A DNA stretch of 64,000 nucleotides from sequence record DRR723986_4815; one strand, 5' to 3'. This document shows, piece by piece, positions 59,501-64,000 of this stretch. The notes beneath the pieces were generated by a model that saw only the letters and a program-made list of their open reading frames with translations, did not search any database and had not been told where the DNA came from. The position numbers were made by a program, and so were the translations under genes. Within the stretch, counting starts at the first letter, position 1. Each line of letters opens with the position of its first letter.

Positions 59501-62500
59501 CGGTGTAAGTGCAAGCGGCAATGATGACTACGACGCGTCAATTCAGGGCACTGGATTTGGCGGTGATTCGCAGGGTGACTATGAGCTGCGCGTCACATTC
59601 CGTGCCGCCGTGGATACGACTGATACGATCCAGGATCTCGCAATCTCCGACAATGCGGTAGGGTTCGATGGAGACGGCGATGGAGTTCCCGGTGGAACTT
59701 ATGATTTCTGGTTCCAAACGCGGCCGCTGAATCGCGGGCTGAACTTCAATGCGGGGGCTGTGCCGAATCTTGAAGGGCGGACGCTGACTGTCACGGGTGC
59801 GGATGGAACAATCCGTATTTTTGAATTCAGCACAGATCCGTTCGTGAGTCCCGGGCGGATTCCGATCCTTTACAACGCCGGTGCAACAGCAGGCGATTTG
59901 GCCAATGCGGTAGCCGCTTCGATCGTCAGTCGAGGCGAATTGGCTGTCGGGGCGACTGCCAACGGAACCCGAGTTGAGTTGGACGGCGAACGCTCGATTG
60001 AGCTCGATCCGTTGCTGACGAATCTAGACGTCGAAGGGAAGACCATCTTCGTCGACAAGGCGGCTGGTCCAGACGCCGATGGTACTCTTGAGAATCCATT
60101 CAATAACATCTCGGCCAATGGTGTTCCGAACGCATTTGCTGCAGCTCATCCTGGTGACATTGTTCGAATCGTCGGAAACGGTGGAGCGGATCAAGACATC
60201 ACGACAGTAGACGACAATTTCGCGTACGAGATTGGTGCAGGTCTACTTGCCGGAACGACGTTGGAAGACGGCGCGACGATGGAGGTGCCTCAGGGCGTCA
60301 CAGCGATGATTGACGCTGGTGCTGTCTTTAAGTTGCGACGCGCACGCATCGGCGTGGGTAGCTCGAACTTGAATATCGACCGCTCTGGTGCATCGCTTCA
60401 AGTACTCGGTGCTCCACTGTTGACCGACGCGAATGGCAATGCACTCCGGTCGCCATCGGGAGATCAGGTGCCAGGTAGTGTGTTCTTCACGTCATGGCTT
60501 GATGAGTCGATTGGCCTGGATAGCTTTGCTCCTCAAACGACTCCGACACCCGGCGATTGGGGTGGGATTTCGTTCCGGCGTGACGTGGACAACGCGGCTG
60601 GTCGCCGAGACCTTGAGAACGAGGGGATTTTCCTTCGTTACGTGAATCATGCTGACATTCGATTTGGTGGCGGCACGGTTATTGTCGATTCAGTTCAACA
60701 AACCGTGAATCCAATTCAAATGTTGGACACCCGGCCAACTGTCACTGATAACATCATCACCGGCAGTTCGAACGCAGCGATGAGTGCGTTGCCGAACAGT
60801 TTCGAGGAAACGAACTTCCACGAGCCGCGGTTCCAATTGAGCGGTTCTTTTACAAGCGATTACGATCGAGTTGGTCCGCAGATTCGTCGTAACACGTTGC
60901 TCGACAACTCAGTCAACGGTCTGTTTGTTCGCGTCGACACGCCAGCGGACGGCAGCACTCAGACGCTGACAGTTCCTGGGCGCTTGGACGACATCGACAT
61001 CGTTCACCTGTTGACCGAGAATGTCGAAGTGACGGGCGTAGCCGGTGGTTCGCTTCTGGACAGCACAACGCCACAGAGCCAGCTCATTACCGTTGCACCT
61101 GCCGTTGGCGGAACCTTGCTACCAGGTTTCTACAATTACAAGGTGACGTTTGTAGATCGCTCAGGCTACGAAAGTGTTCCATCCGATGCATCGGTGACTC
61201 TCGAGTTGCTGGCCAATCAGACGGCCGTTTCTCTTGCGGGTATCCCAGGTGCAACTGGTGACTATGTCGTTCGCCGCTTGTACCGTAGTGGTCCTGATGG
61301 CACTGGACCGTACGAGCTGGTTGACGTTCTTGACCGAAGTTCAGCGACTTACGTTGACACCGGTAGTAGCTTGGGTGGCACGCTGTCACGTGATCGAGCT
61401 GACGTTTCCGATGTGACGCTGACGCCGGGCGTTGGTGGTTCCCTGGAAGTTGGGCAGTACTCGTATCGAGTCGTCATGGTAGACGGTGGCGGTCGCGAGG
61501 GACTTGCGTCCAATGCGACAGCCACGGTTGATGTTGCAGTTGTCGGCGATGTGACGCTTGGTAATTTACCACTGACTCTGGATGGTTACGTCGGACGCCG
61601 TATTTATCGAAGTGCCGATGGTGGGCTGTCTCCATACGTGCTGATTGCTGACCTTCCTGATGGTAGCTCTGCGGGCGTTCGTAGCATTATTGATGATGGT
61701 TCTGATCTAGGAACAACGCTACAAGCAGAGAGCTTGGGAGTGAAGCGTCCCCGCTTGAATGCATCCTTGGTGGTTGATCCAGGTGCAGTGATCAAGCTCG
61801 AAGGCGCTCGCATCGAAGCCACCTTTGGTGCAAACATTATTGCCGAAGGAACCGACGGCTTGCCTGTTGTGTTCACCAGTCGTCTCGACGACACGATTGG
61901 TGCCGGTGGTACTTTTGACACGAACAACAACGGTAGCTCTACATTGCCATCGCCTCGTGATTGGGGTGGCATCTATATGGCTCCAACGTCGCGGCTTAGT
62001 GTGGATCACGCTCGCTTTGCTTACGCTGGTGGTGTGACTCGACTAGAGGGTACCTTCAAAGCGTTCAATACGATTGAGCTGCATCAAGCGGAAGCTCGTA
62101 TTGCGAACACGCTGTTTGAGAACAATGCCGATGGTCAAGGTGGTCAAGGGCCTGGCACTCGACTTGGGCGTCTAAGCAACTCTCCAGCGACGATCTTCGT
62201 TCGTGGGGCTCAGCCGACGATCATCGACAACGTTTTCCGTGACAACGCGGGCAGTGTGATTGATATCGACGCCAACAGCATGATTGATGATTCGCAGCCC
62301 GATCAAGGTCGTCAAACTGGTGCGGCTGATAGCGACCCAGCGTACCTGGCCAACCGTGGCCCGTTGATTCGAAACAATCGTCTCGAGAACAACGAGCTGA
62401 ATGGTTTGGAAGTGCGTGGAGATACGCTGACGACCGCGAGCGTTTGGGATGACACAGACATCGCTCACGTAGTGTTTGACGGGATCTTCACTGGGAACAT

Positions 62501-64000
62501 TGAGCACGAAGGTGGACTTCGGCTGCAGAGCGCTCCCGACGAGTCCTTGGTAGTTAAATTCGACGGTTATGGTTCGAACTTCAACGACAACCTAGGAGCG
62601 GGTATTACGGCAAACGGTCAGTTTGCTACGACAACAGGTCGCGTCGGTGGTACTCTGCACGTCTTGGGGCAGCCTGGTTTCCCTGTCATCCTGACCAGCC
62701 TCTTCGACGACACTGTCGGTGCGGGGCTTCGTCCTGATGGGCAGCCTCAGGCTGATACTAACAACGATGGTATTGGCTCGGTACCTCAAGCGGCTGACTG
62801 GCGTGGGTTATTCCTGGATCAGGATTCGAACGACCGCAACGTTGGCATTGTTCTTGAAACGGAAGATTTCACAGCGGCAGCTCCGGGGCCAAATGGTTCA
62901 ACATTGTCCGCTCAAGTGTTGGGCGACCTGGCTAGCACGGTGAATTCAAGCAATGAAAATCGTCGACTTGGCTTCATCGTTGAAGGCGTGTTGAGTCAGA
63001 ACGAAGACGTTGACGTATACAGCTTCTCAGGGGCTGCGGGGTCCGAGATTTGGTTAGACGTTGACAACACGAACAACAACTTGGACCTAGTGCTTGAGCT
63101 GTTGGATGCGAACGGCAATCTGCTTGCTCGCAGTGACAACAGCACCGAAGAGGCGATGGATCCTTCGTTGATCGTTCGCTCCGCTTTGGTAGATCCGAGC
63201 AGTATCAATCCGTTGGCGACTCGAGTCAGCAGTACTCGTTTGTCGTCGGCTGGCGAAGTCAAGGAAGACGGCACGACCAACCCGCTTGATCCAGGGTTGC
63301 GAGTCCGGTTGCCAGGTTCTGCTGGTGCACGAAGTAATTTCTTCTTCCGAATTCGGTCCGCAAGTACGAATAGTGATGCCTCTGGGGCAGGGCTTACTAA
63401 AGGTTCATATCAGGTCCAGCTTCGAATGCAAGAGGAGCAGGAGTGGGCCGGATCGACCATTAACTACGCAGACATTCGGTACGCAACAAATGGTGTCCAT
63501 CTCAAGGGACTTCCGGGCGAATCGCCTCTACTTGGTGAAGTAGCGGAAGATGAAGGGGCGCCGGGTGGAACAACGGAAGCAGACAACGGCGTTGCGATCG
63601 GCCGGGGGCGTACAACATTCCCGCTTGACCCGAATCGCGGAACGACGTTCTTTGGCGAACGCCAGACTGGCAATCGCCCTCAGTACGTTGGGAATATTCT
63701 TGATACCGCAAAGGGTGCAATAAGCATTGCCGGCGAAATTTCGCGTCCCGACGATCTCGATTTCTACATGATCGATATCACGCCAGAAGACTTGGTGGAT
63801 CCCAGCGATTTCTTGAACTCCTATGCTTCTCTCGTGTTTGACCTCGATTACGCAGACGGCTTCAACCGTGCTGATACGTCAATCAATATTTTCCGAGAAG
63901 AATTTTCTGACAGTATCTTCTATCAGGGTGAAAACCAGTACCGCCTGATTTACACCTCGGACAGCAGCAACATCGTTGAGGATCAGCCAAGACCATTGTC
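56562..64000 (+). CDS. giant secreted multidomain surface protein, partial (>2479 aa, runs off the window end)
   Basis: Not in the ORF track because no stop is reached. Translates MAIRKSQSAK...LLENLEQRQLLT, and the same frame still reads at the end (...DSSNIVEDQPRPL). The track shows no closed ORF in this frame. Contains metzincin-like, PPC-like (DIDLYRF, QNDD, YYIGVS; EDVDVYSF) and beta-helix (GDWGG-like x3) segments. Confidence 0.9.
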   Translation, partial: MAIRKSQSAKSSRKSLTGQARKQAKQRMRNMLLENLEQRQLLTVAPQLIGIQPNNSDLLADGDIRDQSPRELVFRFDDLQQIDPGTLDGIRVTSAGGDGTFGLASASSDFGSNGGANIRLTASVEGETWAIDVTHAVMPAGTAPTISTNGVSVSITLNSNPAAPTTAGELVDAINNSPALIDRLQAEIDGGLEDAALAQRPASEYAPIAVDQTNDEILTPGAVLVGQAPDENEVTFRFAETLKDDDYRVEVFGFDDPNLGIVGLRNLQESVGSEGMLFQPTDETTRKDTIDFRLDLGPQVIAVVPQPVVRTATGLEQQRDTIVVHFDSDKLLVENDAFGQPTARSVENPEFYQLIYTSDTIRNTDDLVFLPARVAYNAATNAATLTFGGDINELPGSAAGPATYRLRIGTRETTPAAPTRSEAAATAITDLNTDGAVTLKLTAREVGESGSGIQVNFVNSNSGTEVATVAGRVVTVDLGRPDITAAELVDLLRNSSAASDLFSVDFEPGSDPNTIVGDTNLAFSPVTLVGLGSSFDTAMDLGVIGSSDESLTSLILSSAIDAEPFVLDLPGASDDVAHRQLPQNVAGSFEDHVNENFGADSTDGITTIYYNFRELYSFDSAGNPLTNAIDETQKARAREVLSLWSNYIGVQFVETAESGLTIATGSIDGLRPQVGTQIEVHPEFSSDFGVRIDPTFENSLVVLSAANSWGLDYGESYSRNMAAAVGMALGLEHAGNLPESTLMRLDPEFLAAIDTLNDGNDAVLDASDERYEPVLPGNQDILHGRYLYRNDSTDIDLYRFEVDFGGDDRVGVLTAETYAQRLTNSSPLNTNLELFREVQASATTSFGAGEAVSLAFEAVKPGALGNQLQVFFTQTDRGDASKPTVRTFPNAIAVDLNSTSGSESTVQDVIDALEASTAASSLVRVSLEAGDASEAIGGNRLTQNPVVLNGGRVELVSQNDDYFSQDSVVRQSLTTGVYYIGVSASGNDDYDASIQGTGFGGDSQGDYELRVTFRAAVDTTDTIQDLAISDNAVGFDGDGDGVPGGTYDFWFQTRPLNRGLNFNAGAVPNLEGRTLTVTGADGTIRIFEFSTDPFVSPGRIPILYNAGATAGDLANAVAASIVSRGELAVGATANGTRVELDGERSIELDPLLTNLDVEGKTIFVDKAAGPDADGTLENPFNNISANGVPNAFAAAHPGDIVRIVGNGGADQDITTVDDNFAYEIGAGLLAGTTLEDGATMEVPQGVTAMIDAGAVFKLRRARIGVGSSNLNIDRSGASLQVLGAPLLTDANGNALRSPSGDQVPGSVFFTSWLDESIGLDSFAPQTTPTPGDWGGISFRRDVDNAAGRRDLENEGIFLRYVNHADIRFGGGTVIVDSVQQTVNPIQMLDTRPTVTDNIITGSSNAAMSALPNSFEETNFHEPRFQLSGSFTSDYDRVGPQIRRNTLLDNSVNGLFVRVDTPADGSTQTLTVPGRLDDIDIVHLLTENVEVTGVAGGSLLDSTTPQSQLITVAPAVGGTLLPGFYNYKVTFVDRSGYESVPSDASVTLELLANQTAVSLAGIPGATGDYVVRRLYRSGPDGTGPYELVDVLDRSSATYVDTGSSLGGTLSRDRADVSDVTLTPGVGGSLEVGQYSYRVVMVDGGGREGLASNATATVDVAVVGDVTLGNLPLTLDGYVGRRIYRSADGGLSPYVLIADLPDGSSAGVRSIIDDGSDLGTTLQAESLGVKRPRLNASLVVDPGAVIKLEGARIEATFGANIIAEGTDGLPVVFTSRLDDTIGAGGTFDTNNNGSSTLPSPRDWGGIYMAPTSRLSVDHARFAYAGGVTRLEGTFKAFNTIELHQAEARIANTLFENNADGQGGQGPGTRLGRLSNSPATIFVRGAQPTIIDNVFRDNAGSVIDIDANSMIDDSQPDQGRQTGAADSDPAYLANRGPLIRNNRLENNELNGLEVRGDTLTTASVWDDTDIAHVVFDGIFTGNIEHEGGLRLQSAPDESLVVKFDGYGSNFNDNLGAGITANGQFATTTGRVGGTLHVLGQPGFPVILTSLFDDTVGAGLRPDGQPQADTNNDGIGSVPQAADWRGLFLDQDSNDRNVGIVLETEDFTAAAPGPNGSTLSAQVLGDLASTVNSSNENRRLGFIVEGVLSQNEDVDVYSFSGAAGSEIWLDVDNTNNNLDLVLELLDANGNLLARSDNSTEEAMDPSLIVRSALVDPSSINPLATRVSSTRLSSAGEVKEDGTTNPLDPGLRVRLPGSAGARSNFFFRIRSASTNSDASGAGLTKGSYQVQLRMQEEQEWAGSTINYADIRYATNGVHLKGLPGESPLLGEVAEDEGAPGGTTEADNGVAIGRGRTTFPLDPNRGTTFFGERQTGNRPQYVGNILDTAKGAISIAGEISRPDDLDFYMIDITPEDLVDPSDFLNSYASLVFDLDYADGFNRADTSINIFREEFSDSIFYQGENQYRLIYTSDSSNIVEDQPRPL

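Noticed and set aside
56714-63720. Many short ORFs suggesting a gene-poor or pseudogene region
   Set aside because: All lie inside the single open giant ORF in frame +3.

Overview
Bacterial chromosomal window, almost certainly from a planctomycete (Pirellulales-like). The assignment rests on a DUF1559 prepilin-like gene with its lipoprotein partner, two large secreted proteins with the LExRxLL N-terminal motif, a PQQ-like beta-propeller and a sulfatase. About 39 CDSs are supported. Housekeeping genes include thrS, mutL, uup, gmd, uxs, aroH, amt, two tandem purine nucleoside phosphorylases and futalosine-route menaquinone genes (mqnE, ubiX, menG). A complete sigma54-driven RNA-repair locus (rtcR divergent from rtcB-rtcA) is present, and its leader and rtcB-rtcA spacer are densely structured. 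The most intriguing unit is a five-gene run: DUF1559 pilin-like protein, lipoprotein, vitamin-K-dependent-carboxylase-like HTTM protein, PhoX and purple acid phosphatase. Also present are a 1829-aa beta-helix/GH10/Calx-beta/dockerin protein with a remodelled GH10 site, and an open >2479-codon ORF (56562 to window end, absent from the ORF track) with a catalytically dead metzincin domain. No rRNA, tRNA, CRISPR array, IS or prophage was recognised. All calls come from reading motifs by eye; no database search or folding was run.
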